A DNA stretch of 64,000 nucleotides from Eledone cirrhosa (Eukaryota): NCBI GenBank assembly GCA_964016885.1, contig OZ024755.1:24366001-24430000 (forward strand), in the 5' to 3' direction. Position 1 is the first letter of the stretch, and every line of letters starts with the position of its first letter. Below the pieces are notes generated by a model that was not told the DNA's origin, made no database searches, and worked only from the letters and a program-made list of their open reading frames with translations. Below, piece after piece: positions 40,135 to 55,267 of this stretch. The position numbers were made by a program, and so were the translations under genes.

Positions 40135-42110
40135 CTAGGGAAAGTGCTTAGTCCCAGTTGTCCTCCTCCAATATACAGGTGCATACTCAGAGCTGACCCT
40201 TTCACTCACCTCTTTCACCCATCTTACAACAAACCGCTTGGAAGGCAACACTTCCCTCTCTACTCTTATTTTTCTCTTCAAGTGAAACCTGAAAAAGTTA
40301 ATCAAGGCTTCACCGAAGAGGAATGTGTTAGTCTTCAATCATTTCAAACATGTCCACCATACAACTTCTTTCACCGTGGTGACCAAAAAGATAAAAACTG
40401 TTTACTCTTCTTGATTAAAGGAAGGCTGCGGCGAAATCTTCACGATTGACTCAGCTGATAGTCAGATTCGTCCTACACGTGACAGCAGGTGTTCGACATA
40501 AACCCAAAGGCCAGCAATTGTCGGACACTGGACGAGAGTTTGCAAGACGGTTTCGTTGCCCTGCACGCATATCGGACAGGCCCGGCTGACTGCACTTTCA
40601 TGCTTGTAGAGAACTGGCAAATCTCCACAGTACCAATGCCAAGCCAGGGATTTCTGGAAGATATCAATGGGGCATGAACCGAAAGTCCTCCCGAAAAGTG
40701 TGGCTAGATGAATTTCGTCGATAGCCAGAATTTCCTCAAGAGCGTCGTCGCTTTTGTCCGCTACTAACCCTCTGTAGAATGCAAAGGTAGAGTTTGAGCC
40801 GATCGTATTGCCCGATTGGTAGAGGATTGTGAGCGCTTTCAACATTTCAGTTTCCAAGCACTCTCTCTTGTTCTTCACTTGACCCACGACTGCAGCTCCA
40901 TTAAGGAGACGGGCTGGAAAAACATGTGTCTAGTGAACGGCGACCACACCTGTTCACTGTTAAGGAGGAAAAGATGGAGATGTAGCTTCAGCGTATTTCT
41001 GCGCATCATCAGCCACGGCATTCCCAGTCCCCCTCGCAGCGGGTGTTGACAGCAAAAGGACCACCTGATCATCGGAACGCATTCCTTCCACAAAAGGCGA
41101 AAGGGCAGAGGTTCCAGTGCAGTCAGACGGGGCTTAGAACAAGGCACGACGATCAGCTAGTAGTAGATGACGGATGTGATGTACACGTTCGCCACCTCTG
41201 CCCAATCTTTCAGGGAAAGTTTCCTCTCGGCCCATTTCTGGATGAGATCCCTACGTCTCCGTGTTTGCCCATTTGGAGGTCCAGACCGATCCAGGCCGCG
41301 GGCAATTTAACAGTCCATCTGGACTTGGCTCTCCAGATTCCAAGCTGCAGGCTCAGTGATTTTTCATAGTTAAATTTCGCTCGTGTCAACGTTTCGTATT
41401 CCCTCAGAGCAGTGCCAATCACCTCAGTGTATTTGATGCTCGATTCTATTACGATGACATCGTCAGTATAAGCTGACACAAGTCTCCCATGTCCTAGTTC
41501 GCGCGGGGTGCACCTCAAAGTCTCCAAATTGTGCAGTTGTGACTCGAGGGGTGATCGTTCACTCTAACTACAGAGCAGATGTCGCTATGCATAGCAGCAA
41601 TCCATCCTATCAAAACGGACCGAAAGCTGACTGCTATAAGGACCGCCGCCAGGTACTGATGGTCAATCTTATCGAATGCTTTCGATTGATCTAAATTGAT
41701 CAGTGCCCACCCATGCTAAGTTCCTTAGCCACCCTCTTTATGGCGTATCGCTTAAAGTGGAGGTTGTCGTGTATGGATCTCTTCGGATTGGCACAGGTTT
41801 GCGTCTGCCCTACCTGGCCACCAACGATAAGTTATGGGCCTAAAATTATCATTAAAATCCCCTTTCTTCGGGTCTTTTCTCGGCAGTGCCACTGCTCCTT
41901 GGCTCACAGAACTGGGAATTCTCCCCGTTTTGCTGCCAATTGTAGTAGGCGTCTGCAAAGAGGTCCCTGAACAAGTCTGGCATATAAACGTAAAGCTCGA
42001 AGAGCAGATCTTCCAAACTGACTATTTTAAATTGTGGACAACCTATAATATCTTTGTCTACTTCCCTAGAGAATACCCTATCTAGATGGGATCTGGATGG
42101 CCTGACGTGG
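40135..42110 (-). mobile_element. Degraded Tx1/L1-clade LINE ORF2 (RT and CCHC)
   Basis: DPKKG..DNFRPIT, LINLDQSKAFDKID, VSAYTDDV, GGLGMP and RACPICVQGNETVLQTLVQCP; many frameshifts. Confidence 0.8.
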
Positions 42111-42594
42111 TTAGTCTATGTTCACGTGTTATCCATGGATTCTGAAAAAGAGTAGCTAGTTGAATTTCGTCAATGCCTATAGTTTTCCCAAGAACGAACG
42201 TTGATTTTGTTGGTGTCTGTGGTGTATGATGTGGTGTCTGGAGTTAACATTTGTTGCCTCATGATTTTAGCTTTTTTTATTTCCTCCACTTTCGCCCCCT
42301 TTTTGAGGGCAGAGACAAAGAGTTTTTTTCTATTTGTTTCTTCTTGTGCCATACGGCTTGTCACACCTTACCCTCATCACAATCCCTATCCATCTGTGTG
42401 ACGTTAGTGAAGAGCATGACTTCCACGGACGTTGGTGCTGTTGTTGTTGGTGTTGGTAGTGCTTCTGGTGCTGTTGTTGGTGCTGTATTTGCCTCAGCTA
42501 CTATTGCTGTTGTTGTTGTTGGCGCTGTTGGTCTCCTTGAGTTTTAGCCGCTGGTATAGTAGTTGTTGCTACTTCGGGTGTAGCATATAGTAAA

Positions 42595-42960
42595 AATAAT
42601 AATGGTTTCTGATTTAGTTACAAGGCCAACAATTTTTTGGGAAAGGGAAAGTCGATTAAATCGACCTCAGTGCATTTCTGGTGCCTTATTTTATCGACCC
42701 CGTAAGGATGAAAGGCAAAGCTAACCTCGGCGGAATTTGAACTCAGACCGTAAAGGTCAGTAACACTATGCTGCAAAGCATAGCGTCCGACCTTCTACCA
42801 ATACAAGGCCAGCAATTATTCTAGTGCATTACTGGTACTTTATTTTATCGACCCAGTAAGGATGAAAGGCAAAGTTAACATCGGCGGGATTTGAACTCAG
42901 ACCGTAAAGGGACGTAACTCTATGGTAGAATGCATAGCGTCCGACTCTCTTGCCAAATCC
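42595..42960 (-). mobile_element. Tandem pair of family A SINEs
   Basis: Two consecutive core plus head units; further single copies at ~35045, 45570, 46990 and 54940. Confidence 0.75.
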
Positions 42961-43170
42961 AAATAATGGTGTGTCGTCTGGCAGACTTATAATTCAATGA
43001 CTGAGATCTAACGGCCATGGAAGAAGCAACATCTGTCAGACATGATGAGTCACTGACCGTCGCTCTTATAAATATGATTCATCATATCTTTCCCTCGACT
43101 CTTCCCATCCCTTCCCCTTCTCCAGGGTTTCCAGCAGAATGCTGCCTTAATTTGTTTGTTACTAGCAATT

Positions 43171-43261
<91 letters not shown>

Positions 43262-43470
43262 CTTTCTGTATATTTATCTTTCTTTCTCTTCGTTCTTGGT
43301 TCATTATTTGTATCTGTCTTTCAGTTTGCACTTTTATCTGTCTCCCTTCCTACCTAACTCTCCCCCTCTCTCTCCCCACACTGTCACCCGTAATGTTGAT
43401 TTTGTCAATCATATAGATGGAATATTTAGTAGTGTTGGTGGTTGTATTTGTGGTGGTGGTGTTTAATGTT

Positions 43471-43506
<36 letters not shown>

Positions 43507-43576
43507 TGCTTGCGTGAAAATTCAGGTAAATATATATACATTCAAACACACACACCCATATATATATATATAATCT

Positions 43577-43608
<32 letters not shown>

Positions 43609-43629
43609 GATATTATAACTGCCACTTCT

Positions 43630-44100
43630 TGACAGAAGAGGGCTATCTCTCCAACGTTGTGCTGAACAGCCATGACCCCACAAATGACTCTACAAACCTG
43701 CCTCGCTCCCGCATACCCATTTACAGTTGTGACATACATAAGGCTCTTAGATAGTCTTAAATGTAACTTTGTTCCTTTCGCACTATCATGTGCTGCCTGA
43801 GTCCAGCAACAGACTTAGAAGCTTGTTGCAAAATTGACACGAATACCTTTCAAGGCCTTTCAGGGAGAACAATATAATCGACCTTACACTGCTAATTACT
43901 GTGAGCTCTTAAATGACAAGGAAGCCCAGCACCAGAAGAACAACCTTTCCGCATATGTTACAGATATGCTCCGACTGGATATTCTCTGCGGCTGGGTCTA
44001 CAACACTTTTCCTAAATGCTCTTTTTAGCACTGAATGCTCAATTCTTTTGACATTCCTCTTGAATTCTTTTCCAGTTAGAATTTTGAAAGTTTAGGATAG
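43630..44100 (-). mobile_element. RTE-clade LINE 3' end with two zinc-finger-like motifs
   Basis: HICNICGKV and VCHNCKWVCGSEAGL*SHLWGH. Confidence 0.55.
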
Positions 44101-44369
44101 ATAGAATCCGGGTGCATATTAGTCTGACAGGGGGCCTTTTACTTTTCTGTTTGTTGGTAGACCTCTCTCCCTCTATCTGTGTTTATGTAAATATGCATAT
44201 ATGTATGTATGAGGACAAACATATATACAGACATACATATTTATACACATACATATTTACACACATACATACAGACATACAGACAGACACATTTATATAC
44301 ATACATATTTACACACATACATACATACATATTTACACACATACATACATATTTATATACATTCATACA

Positions 44370-44408
<39 letters not shown>

Positions 44409-44440
44409 TTATATACATACATACATATTTATATACATAC

Positions 44441-44843
44441 ATGGTGGCTGCCAACTCGTTTTCGAGTACGGCCACTACTTTATATACATGTAGGAGGACC
44501 CCTACCGATGCGCTGAACGAGTGTGACTTTTTAGTCCAGCCAGGGACTTGAAAACTCTGGTACAAACACTACACTTGTGACAATCATTGATACACAGTGC
44601 TGGGCCCATGGTACCATGAGACGACAAGTGCAGAGAGATCTCCAGCTATAAAGCAATGCCCGTGCCGTGAAGCTTTTAAAGTGAACAAAGGTACTGCACA
44701 AAGCCAGTCCCACTCTTTTAACCAAGATGATATTTACCAAAAAGAAGAACAAGTCAACATCATTGGATACCATCAGGGTTGCAGGTGTTATATCAGAGTT
44801 TTCCTTCTCCTAGAATTCTGCCTTGACAACGGCTAAGGGGTCA
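44441..44843 (-). mobile_element. Second copy of the RTE-related retroposon, embedded in (TACA)n
   Basis: Reverse complement of 16480-16883; flanked on both sides by (TACA)n. Confidence 0.65.
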
Positions 44844-44853
44844 TATACATACA

Positions 44854-44887
<34 letters not shown>

Positions 44888-46184
44888 CATACATACATAC
44901 ATTCATACATACATATGTATATACATATTTAGATACATACATATTTACATCCATCCATCCATACATACATACATACATCCATCCATCCATCCATACATAC
45001 ATACATACATACATACATACATACACGGATGCGTGTCCGTGTATGTTCGAATCGATATACATAATAGATCTAAACATACGCAGACGACACACGCCCGAAC
45101 GCGCGCGCTAACAATTATTGACAACAACAGTCTCACTCCTACGTAACATAGGTACTCTCTAGCTTTTGCGTATTCAGCAGATTTTTCAAGAATGATTTCT
45201 CAAATCCTTTAAGTATCCAGCAATAGACTTCCTTCCAAAGCTAGCTCTACCATTTTCTTGTTCGTCTCGTAGACTAAACATGGCAGAAAATAGTCGCAGA
45301 ATCAATTAAGGTTTGGCTTTCAGATTTAACGGAAGGATTATGAATAATTCCAATTGAGGTTTCTAATTTAATCCACCGTAATTACTGGCGTCCATTCTCT
45401 GCGATTTAGTAGAGAAAGATGGGATTGAAAGTTACCTTCTATTTGTTTTCTAGCTAACTGTGTGTATAACAACATTAGTAACAACAATAATACAAATAAC
45501 AACAATAGCAACAAAAGCAGAAAGAACAGCAGCCCAGTGACCATGCTAGTATTAGTGACTAGTGATAATATAATAATTGTTTCTACTTTAGTAGGCCAGC
45601 ACTTTGAAGGGGAGGGAAAGTTGATTAAATCGACGCCAGTGTATTACTGTGCTTTATTTAATCGACCCCGTAAGGATGAAAGGCAAAGTTAACCTTGGCG
45701 GGATTTGACCTCAGACCGTAAAGGGCCGTAACTACCATTTGCCTTCATCATGGATCACCCAAGCGCTCTTGCCATAATAACACTTTTTGAACTGCTTATC
45801 CTCAAGAACTATGCCTGTAAATAATATTATTCTTTCTTTCCCATTACCTTAACATGTTCAACATCACCTTATTTTCTCTCCAACATTTTATACCAATACA
45901 AATTCCCCCCTTTGATAATGCATAAAATGCTGAAACTGGTAGTAGACCATTATTAAATATATAAATAAATAAATAAATAAATGCCATTGTTAATTAATAA
46001 ATAAATTAACTAATACCTTAACACTTCACACGAAGTAAAATATTTTGGTTTAAACATTTTCTAACCCAGAAAAAAGAGGAAAAAAATAAAGGAAAAAATA
46101 AAGGAAAAAATAAAGGAAAAAAGAGAAAAAAAAAAAGAAAAAAAAGATTTTCTTCCTAATAATCGTCTTTTTCTCCCTATTTAC

Positions 46185-46316
46185 ATATCTATCTATCTAA
46201 GGCGGGTAAAATTCCCGAGATCCATGGACGAGTTCTCTCCAGCGGTCTCTGTCCCTCATTATCGCTGCCATATCCTGCATCTCCAACAGACCAGTGTCTG
46301 TCCTTAGGGCATCAAC
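46185..46316 (-). mobile_element. RTE 3' end with (TAGA)n tail
   Basis: [29 protein letters not shown]. Confidence 0.55.
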
Positions 46317-46353
<37 letters not shown>

Positions 46354-46363
46354 TAAATATGTA

Positions 46364-46460
<97 letters not shown>

Positions 46461-46887
46461 GGGAGATAGGGAGTCAATATCTGAGAAAGTAGTAAAGTTT
46501 AAGTGAAGTCATGTGCTGATTAGTTGATAGTTTGATGAGAGAGTTAAATGACAGTCACTATACAAGTCTATAATTAAATACTAGATGGTCTTTCTATTTA
46601 AGAACATAATACAGTTTAATCCAACGCTAGGGAAATCAGAAATCGTTTAAATCTCACAGCAATTAATTAATAGAATGCGTGTGTTGGATCTCCATCGGTT
46701 CCTACGAAGAATATTCTAGTTTGAACAACGAAATGTCTGTATGTATATACGGTCCCGTAACTCCTGATAGAGTGGTAGGGGCGCCGTATTGACATACGGT
46801 GTTTTGTTAGGCATTTTCAGTCTGGCGGAGCCCATCCCTCTCCAGGCCTGAGTATAGCAGATTTCTTCAAGTGAAAGATAGAAGGGG

Positions 46888-46973
<86 letters not shown>

Positions 46974-47343
46974 CGGGAAAGATATATAGAGGAAGAATCA
47001 ATCCAGTACTAGACTGGTACTTTTTTATCCACCTCGAAAGGATGAAAGGTAAAGTTGACCACAGTGGGATTTGAACTCAGAGAGCAGAAAGCCGAAACGG
47101 CTACCGCAAAGCATTCTATCCGACGTTCTCACGACTCTGCCAATTCGCTGCCTATGAACAACGAAATACTTGCTTGTAAATTAACGTCTAAGTGACCTGA
47201 TGTTCCATTGACAGGTACATCCTTAACGTAGTTCTCAGGGAGAATCAGCGTGATACAGTATGTGATAAGACAGTATGTGATAAAACCTTTTTCCAGCTGA
47301 GTGAGATGGTACAGTATGAAATAAAGTGTCTTATTCAGGAAAG

Positions 47344-47437
<94 letters not shown>

Positions 47438-47441
47438 ATGC

Positions 47442-47535
<94 letters not shown>

Positions 47536-47627
47536 GTGTATGTAAAAGGTAAACAGAAATAACAACACAACCGGTACAGTATATGGAAGGAATATATTAG
47601 GCTAACGCTTGAAATAGCAGGAAGAGG

Positions 47628-47665
47628 ATCTTAACGTTTCGAACTCTAGTCCTTCATCAGAAGAC
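47628..47665 (-). ncRNA. Minimal type I hammerhead ribozyme motif
   Basis: GTCTT-CTGATGA-A-GGAC-TAGA-GTTC-GAAA-CG-TT-AAGAT. Confidence 0.65.
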
Positions 47666-48094
47666 AGAATGAGAAATAAGATAGATTGAAGGGACGGGCG
47701 GGGTGGGATTGGAAAAAAATGTCTTTAGATAAAAATAACAGGTCCATATATATATATAGGAACAAGTAACCCACTCTACTACCCTAAGTATTGAGTACTT
47801 TGGTGCGTTATGGTCCACCTGGTTCCTTACCACATTTCCTTCGTTATATATATATATATATATATCAAGCTTTCCCGATGATTTCTTTTGAATGAAACAG
47901 TTCTAGTTCCGTAGAAGCCATATCTATATATGTTTTATATATTATTATGTTGAATATATTGTAATGTTGTATATGATATAATGTATATATGAAAATGTTG
48001 TATATATTGTAATGTTGTATGTGATATTATGTATATATGATAATGTTGCATACGATAAATTATTGTATATAATATAATGTTGCATATATTATCA

Positions 48095-48360
48095 CCGCTC
48101 CGATACTATGGGGATGTGGTTAGAATGTCTCAGGAAAGAATCGCTGGACAGATTTTACTGGCAAAACTAACCGGCAAGACACTCAGGGGTAGACCCCGAG
48201 CAAGATGGTTGGATAACATCCATGATCTTGGCTTATCTCGCTTGGGGATCCAGCCGGATCAGTTGGAGACGGTTGCTTCTGAGAGGAACCCGTTGGAAGA
48301 AATGTTTGAGGATTCTACCCCAACGACAATCTCAGAAATAAGTGGGCGAAGAATAAGGTA
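48095..48360 (+). mobile_element. RTE-clade LINE 3' end
   Basis: LRYYGDVVRMSQERIAGQIL..GKTLRGRPRARWLDNI (W.GH..RM / RGRPR..W motif). Confidence 0.75.
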
Positions 48361-48580
48361 TATTATAATGCATATATTTTAATGTATATGATATAATGAA
48401 TATGATAATAATGTTGCATAATTTCTAATCTATATATTATAATGTTATTGTCTGCTATGATGTATGATGAAACATTAATACATTCACATCTGCCAGGCAG
48501 CTGATCACAATACTAAATGTCGTCTGTTTTATTCAATTTCAAATACTGAGAGAACCATGCCATGTCTGGTAGATTTGCAC

Positions 48581-48672
<92 letters not shown>

Positions 48673-48753
48673 ATACACATACACACGCATTAACACATAT
48701 TCACACAATCACAAATATTCGCACACATACTACTCAAATACACACACTGAGCC

Positions 48754-48822
<69 letters not shown>

Positions 48823-49399
48823 TACAAAATTTAACCGGTCTGACGAAAGAATGCACGCTAGCTTCCCTACGTTGGTTTTTCGTTTTATTCTTTTATCATC
48901 ATCATCATCATCATCATCATCTTCTGTTATTTCAAACGATGGGGTGATACTTCGTCACATTCACTAGATTGTTTCACAGAACATATGATAACTGTGAGAA
49001 GACTTGCGTACTTTATAATGTTAAATACAAAATATATCTCAGCTACAATATAGCTTGGACCTCCGTCGGTGAAATCAACATGCTAGTGGCCGAACATTCC
49101 ACATACATATGTACCTTTAACGTAGTTCTCAGTGGTATTCAGTGAGACACTGTGCAAGACAAAAGTTTGGCCTTTTGAATCGCATGTATTTCACATTTTA
49201 GTTACCTGAGTGTAGCAACCCATCGCCGGCAATTGAACTAACGATTGTGAGCCGAACACCCTAACCACTATGTGACATATGTTCATGGGGTATGTAGTAA
49301 TTCTGAAACATTGAGTCAGTAAAACAATCGAATGAATGGAAGAGAATCCTCCGATTAAACGAAGTTTGATTTGCTAAGACAACTACGATATTTCTCATG

Positions 49400-49800
49400 A
49401 AAATGAAAGACACTGTCTATGTTTTTAACCTTTTGTTATCATATTTTTAATGAAAGACACTGTCTATGCCTTTAACCCTTTCATTGCCATATTTCTAATG
49501 AAAGACACCGTCTATGTCTTTAACCCTTTCATTACCATATTTCTAATAAAAGACACCGTCTATTTCTTTAAACCTTTCATTACCATGTTTTTAATGAAAG
49601 ACACTGTCTATGTCTTTAACCCTTTTGTTACCATATTTCCAATGAAAGACACTGGCTATGTATTTAAGCCTTTCCCTACCATATTTCTAATAAAAGACAT
49701 TATCTATGTATTTAACTCTTTCATTGCCATATTTCTAATGAAAGGCGTTGCCTATGTCTTTGACTTTTTCATTGCCTTATTTCTAATGAAGTTCATTGCT
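49400..49800. repeat. 48 bp minisatellite (~8 copies) related to a TTAACCCTT MITE terminus
   Basis: Unit TTTAACCCTTTCATTACCATATTTCTAATGAAAGACACCGTCTATGTC; a single copy starts the element at ~38610-38865, which ends AGGGTTAA. Confidence 0.85.
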
Positions 49801-50352
49801 TATAATTTTGAAATCACTAACTCACTCTGTCTTGAAAGAATTCAGAATAAATGATAGCAGTCGGAGTAGAGTTTTCTCCTGTAGGTGTTGGAGTTTGCAA
49901 CTGGTAATACAGTTTCATGTAGGACAAAACATTACGAATTTTACAACTTTTTAAAATATTTTTTTTTCTAGACATTTTTTATGTCGTATGTTCAAAAACA
50001 CATTATTTAAACTGCCTAAAATTCGGGAACCAGTATACTACCGGTCACTTGCGACATCTTTTTCCGTCTATAAACGTCTTTACCTGATTATAGACGGAAA
50101 AAGATGTTGCAAGCGACCGCTAGGAAGAATCGAACTCCGTATCCCAACAATCACCGGCAGCACCACAATCAATACCATCACCACCACCATTACCACAACC
50201 AATACCACTACCTCCACCACCACAACAAAAACCACAACTACAGCCACCACCACCACCACCACTATCACTACCAGAACCTCCACCACTACCATCACTACCA
50301 GCACTTCCACCACTACCACCATCACTACCACCACCACTACCACCATCACAAA

Positions 50353-50383
<31 letters not shown>

Positions 50384-50418
50384 TCCCCACCATCACTTCC
50401 CCTACCAACACTACTATC

Positions 50419-50572
<154 letters not shown>

Positions 50573-50890
50573 CAACAACACCAAAGAACAATTCTTCATA
50601 ATCAAATAATATCCTTAATCGAGAAAGTTTCATAAATATTACTTGAAAACAATTCTTTTTTTTTTTCCATTTCTCCGGCAATTTTAATGGATTTATTAAA
50701 ATAGACGACCAACAGAAAAAGAAAAATATAAAACTATTTCGAGGCTTCTATAGAAAGAAACTGTAGAATGGCATTATAATATATTGAGTTGCCGAACAAA
50801 CAGAAAAACGAATTATTTTCACACATGCATGCATACATACATACATACATACATACATACATACATACATACATACATACATACATACAT

Positions 50891-50960
<70 letters not shown>

Positions 50961-51087
50961 GTGTGTGTATATGTAGATATATATACATATATATATGTAG
51001 ATATATATACATAGATATATATACATATATATATACATATATATATATATGTGTGTGTGTATATATATTTATACATATATGTATGTA

Positions 51088-51149
<62 letters not shown>

Positions 51150-51162
51150 CACATATATATAC

Positions 51163-51245
<83 letters not shown>

Positions 51246-51321
51246 AAGAAAATAAGAAACAGTAGAGAATGCTAATAGTATTTTAGCATGGAAAAACAAT
51301 TCAACATTTTTTAAAGGGTTG

Positions 51322-51365
51322 TAGGACCGGTTTCAGTCGATAAAAATTTCGACTTCTTCATGCTA
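51322..51365 (-). ncRNA. Minimal type I hammerhead motif (core with 1 nt insertion)
   Basis: TAG-CATGAAGA-AGTCGA-AATTTTTA-TCGACT-GAAA-CCGG-TC-CTA. Confidence 0.55.
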
Positions 51366-51614
51366 GAAAAAATTTATAACAAAGTTATCTACAAAGGTAG
51401 ATATTAAACAACACGTGCTTTTTCTTATAAAAGTCTTTCTTCGTTTGTTCCTCTTCTCACTCTCTATTATTCTATTTTATGTTTTATTTTTTATTCTATC
51501 GCCTGTTAAATGACTTGTGTCCGAAACGTAAACACTCTTTTCCTACTATACCAAGCCATAAACTAATATATTTCTTCATTGTGCTGTTTGCTTTATTGTT
51601 TCCATTTACCTCTT

Positions 51615-51700
<86 letters not shown>

Positions 51701-52007
51701 TCGAGGGTAGTCAGCCAAACTGGCAAGAACAGTCCCTGCCCGCCTTCGAGTCGAAAACATTTATCTGTGTTTTTTTAGCCACTTGGATTGTGTTTACCAT
51801 TATTCCTCTATTATATAACTATTATGCAATAAACACCTGATGATGTCACCAGGATCTTACGGAACGTGGATACTGATGTGTAGTGTTTGCTATAATAAAT
51901 CTTTGAAGGAATTTTACCAGTCCGGCCTCCTGTCATTTTACTCAATTATATATACATTCATAGATACATACATATATATATACATATATATATATTTTTT
52001 AAATATA

Positions 52008-52079
<72 letters not shown>

Positions 52080-52884
52080 GTAGGTATTTGTGTAACTATT
52101 GTTATAGGCGGTTGGCCAGTTAAAGCACTCAATATTGTTACATGGGTTCGTCTCGTGTGTGGTTTATATTTCTGTTCTCTGGAATTAAGGCGGCTGCAAT
52201 GTGCAAAGTGTAAATATATGTTCTGGTCCCGATCATTTAGTTCTTTGGTTGCGAAGCGAACTCTTTAACCCCACAACTATGCGCCTGTCTTCCCTATCTT
52301 TAACTGTTAACATCATGTCATGGATTAACAGAAAATAACTAAAGATAGGCTTGTTAATTCGAACGTTTATATTATATTTACAAATGTTCAGTTTGTTGTG
52401 CAAAAATTGTAGTATGAGAATAAAGATGTTATTTATTTATTTTTGTTAGTTTATATGATATAGTCATGGTTTAGTTTGTGCTATTCAAGACTGTCTTGCT
52501 AATTTTGTTTCAGTCGGTAGAGGAGGTTAAGAGTTAAACTATATTCAAGGTATGTTCCTATCCCAAGTGTTGGTCTCAGCTGGTCGCATTCTCTGTAGAT
52601 AACATTCTTGTCTTACCATTACTATCATTTCACACTTTCTCTTCCCGGAATCTATTTAGCGTAGCATCAAAGATGCGAAGGAAGAAAGATAAAACACATC
52701 TATATACACACACATACATACGCATCTATATACACACAGATACATATGCATCTATATACACTCACAAACTCACACAAACCCACATCTATATGCATACACA
52801 TACATACATCTATATATACATATATATATATACATATATATATATATACACACACCTAAACACACGTACATATCTATATACGAA

Positions 52885-52950
<66 letters not shown>

Positions 52951-53324
52951 TATACACGCATACACACTCACTCGCATGCACACACATGAAAATAAACAAA
53001 TACACATTTCACACAAGCAGCTAAAGATACACAGCTATATATACAACTATATACACACACACACAGATCTATAAACATACACAGCTATTAAATCATGCCT
53101 CTATAGACACACGCATCTATAGACACATACAGCTATAAATAAAACACATCATTATACACACACGTATAACCACACACACACACACACACAGGCACACACT
53201 CACACATACACACACACATTCACACACAAATATATGCACACACATTTTTCTCATTAAAAGAAAACAATGAAACCACCTGCTGTCTTCTCATTTTTATATC
53301 TTTAAAAATATATTTGGCGTTGTT

Positions 53325-54100
53325 GAAACTAAGATAAATTGCTGACTGTCAATTATTGTTGATCCATCATTTTAACTCTGATTCAGTAACTAATGGTAAC
53401 AGAAACTAAAGTAAATTGCTGACTGCCAATAATTGTTGATCCATCATTTTAACTCTGATTCAGTAACTAATGGTAACAGAAACTAAGGTAAATTGCTGAC
53501 TGTCAATTATTGTTGATCCATCATTTTAACTCTGATTCAGTAACTAATGGTAACAGAAACTAAAGTAAATTGTTGACTGTCAATTATTGTTGATCCATCA
53601 TTTTAACTCTGATTCAGTAACTAATGGTAACAGAAACTAAAGTAAATTGCTGACTGTCAATTATTGTTGATCCATCATTTTAACTCTAATTCAGTAACTA
53701 ATGGTAACAGAAACTAAGGTAAATTTCTAACTGTCAATTATTGTTGATCCCTCATTTTAACTCTGATTCAGTAACTAATGGTAACAGAAACTAAAGTAAA
53801 TTACTGACTGCCAATAATTGTTGATCCATCATTTTAACTCTGATTCAGTAACTAATGGTAACAGAAACTAAGGTAAATTGCTGACTGTCAATTATTGTTG
53901 ATCCCTCATTTTAACTCTGATTCAGTAACTAATGGTAACAGAAACTAAAGTAAATTGCTGACTGCCAATAATTGTTGATCCATCATTTTAACTCTGATTC
54001 AGTAACTAATGGTAACAGAAACTAAGGTAAATTGCTGACTGTCAATTATTGACGCATCATTTTAACCCTGATTCAGTAACTAATGGCAACAGAAACTAAA
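53325..54100. repeat. 77 bp minisatellite, ~10 near-identical copies
   Basis: Unit GAAACTAAAGTAAATTGCTGACTGTCAATTATTGTTGATCCATCATTTTAACTCTGATTCAGTAACTAATGGTAACA. Confidence 0.95.
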
Positions 54101-54437
54101 ACACAGGCGGATAGTTTTTTTTTTTTCCTTTTCGTTTTATGTTTTTCTTTCGTCCCGTTTATTATTTCAATTCTTCATTTTGGGTTAAATACTTTCATTA
54201 CCGTATACTTCTGTTCGTTAATATATTTGTGATATCATCTGATACAAGTTTAACTATTTTGATACTTAATTGCCTGAAACTAGTCTTGGTTCTATGATAC
54301 AAAAGTGTTTAAAAATATTTATAATTGCCTTAAAGCTTTCCATTATATAAAACTTTTCCATTTACATAAGAAACTATTGTTTCAAACAGCAGCTTACCAA
54401 AAGACAGTAAATTTTCAGCACCCTCGTATATATATAT

Positions 54438-54522
<85 letters not shown>

Positions 54523-54525
54523 ATA

Positions 54526-54742
54526 CGAGGAGGTGCTGAAAACTTCCTGGCTTAATCGCTGCTACAGAGGCTTGGTTGGAGGCCCAGCCTCCCGAGTTCA
54601 TTTTACAGGGCTTTCAAAAAGTGAAGGGCCGCTGCAATAAATGTGTGAATCTGGGAGAGAAGTATGTTGAATAAAATCATAATTAACTGATCCTCCTATA
54701 TTTTCTTTTACCCAAAGCCAAAAACTTTCCAGAACCCCCTCG
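54526..54742. mobile_element. Mariner-type MITE
   Basis: TA|CGAGGAGGTGCTGAAAACTTCCTGGCTT ... AAGCCAAAAACTTTCCAGAACCCCCTCG|TA; a related terminus also ends at 54426. Confidence 0.7.
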
Positions 54743-55203
54743 TATATATATGTTCTTTCTAGTATGAAGTTGAAGGCTTCTATATAAATCTTTTAATAAT
54801 ATTTTAGGTTCGTATTGTGAAAAGAGATTAGAGACCACTTTTGGAAATAGCAAGTACAAAGGATATTTAACATGATGACGTGTACCTTTCGGAATTAGGA
54901 CGAGACATAAAAGGTAGTTTGTGTAAATAAACAATTGCTCTTCATTAAGGCACAAGGGCAGCAATTTTGAGGGAAGGGAGAAACACGATAACATTTACTG
55001 GTTCTTTATTTCATCGATTCCGGAATGATGAAAAGAAAAGTTGACTTCGATAGGGTTTGAAATCAAAACATTAAGAGCATATATCACAAAGCATTTTATC
55101 CGACACTCTAACAATTCTGCCAATCTATTGCCATAGCAACGAAATGCTGACATCAAGAAATAAAAGATAAATGTAAACATTCTTTATTGACATAGATTCG
55201 AAC

Positions 55204-55267
<64 letters not shown>

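Noticed and set aside
53325-54100. Regular arrays (also 21585, 62724) as CRISPR-like
   Set aside because: Units are contiguous with no unique spacers; eukaryotic context with no cas genes.
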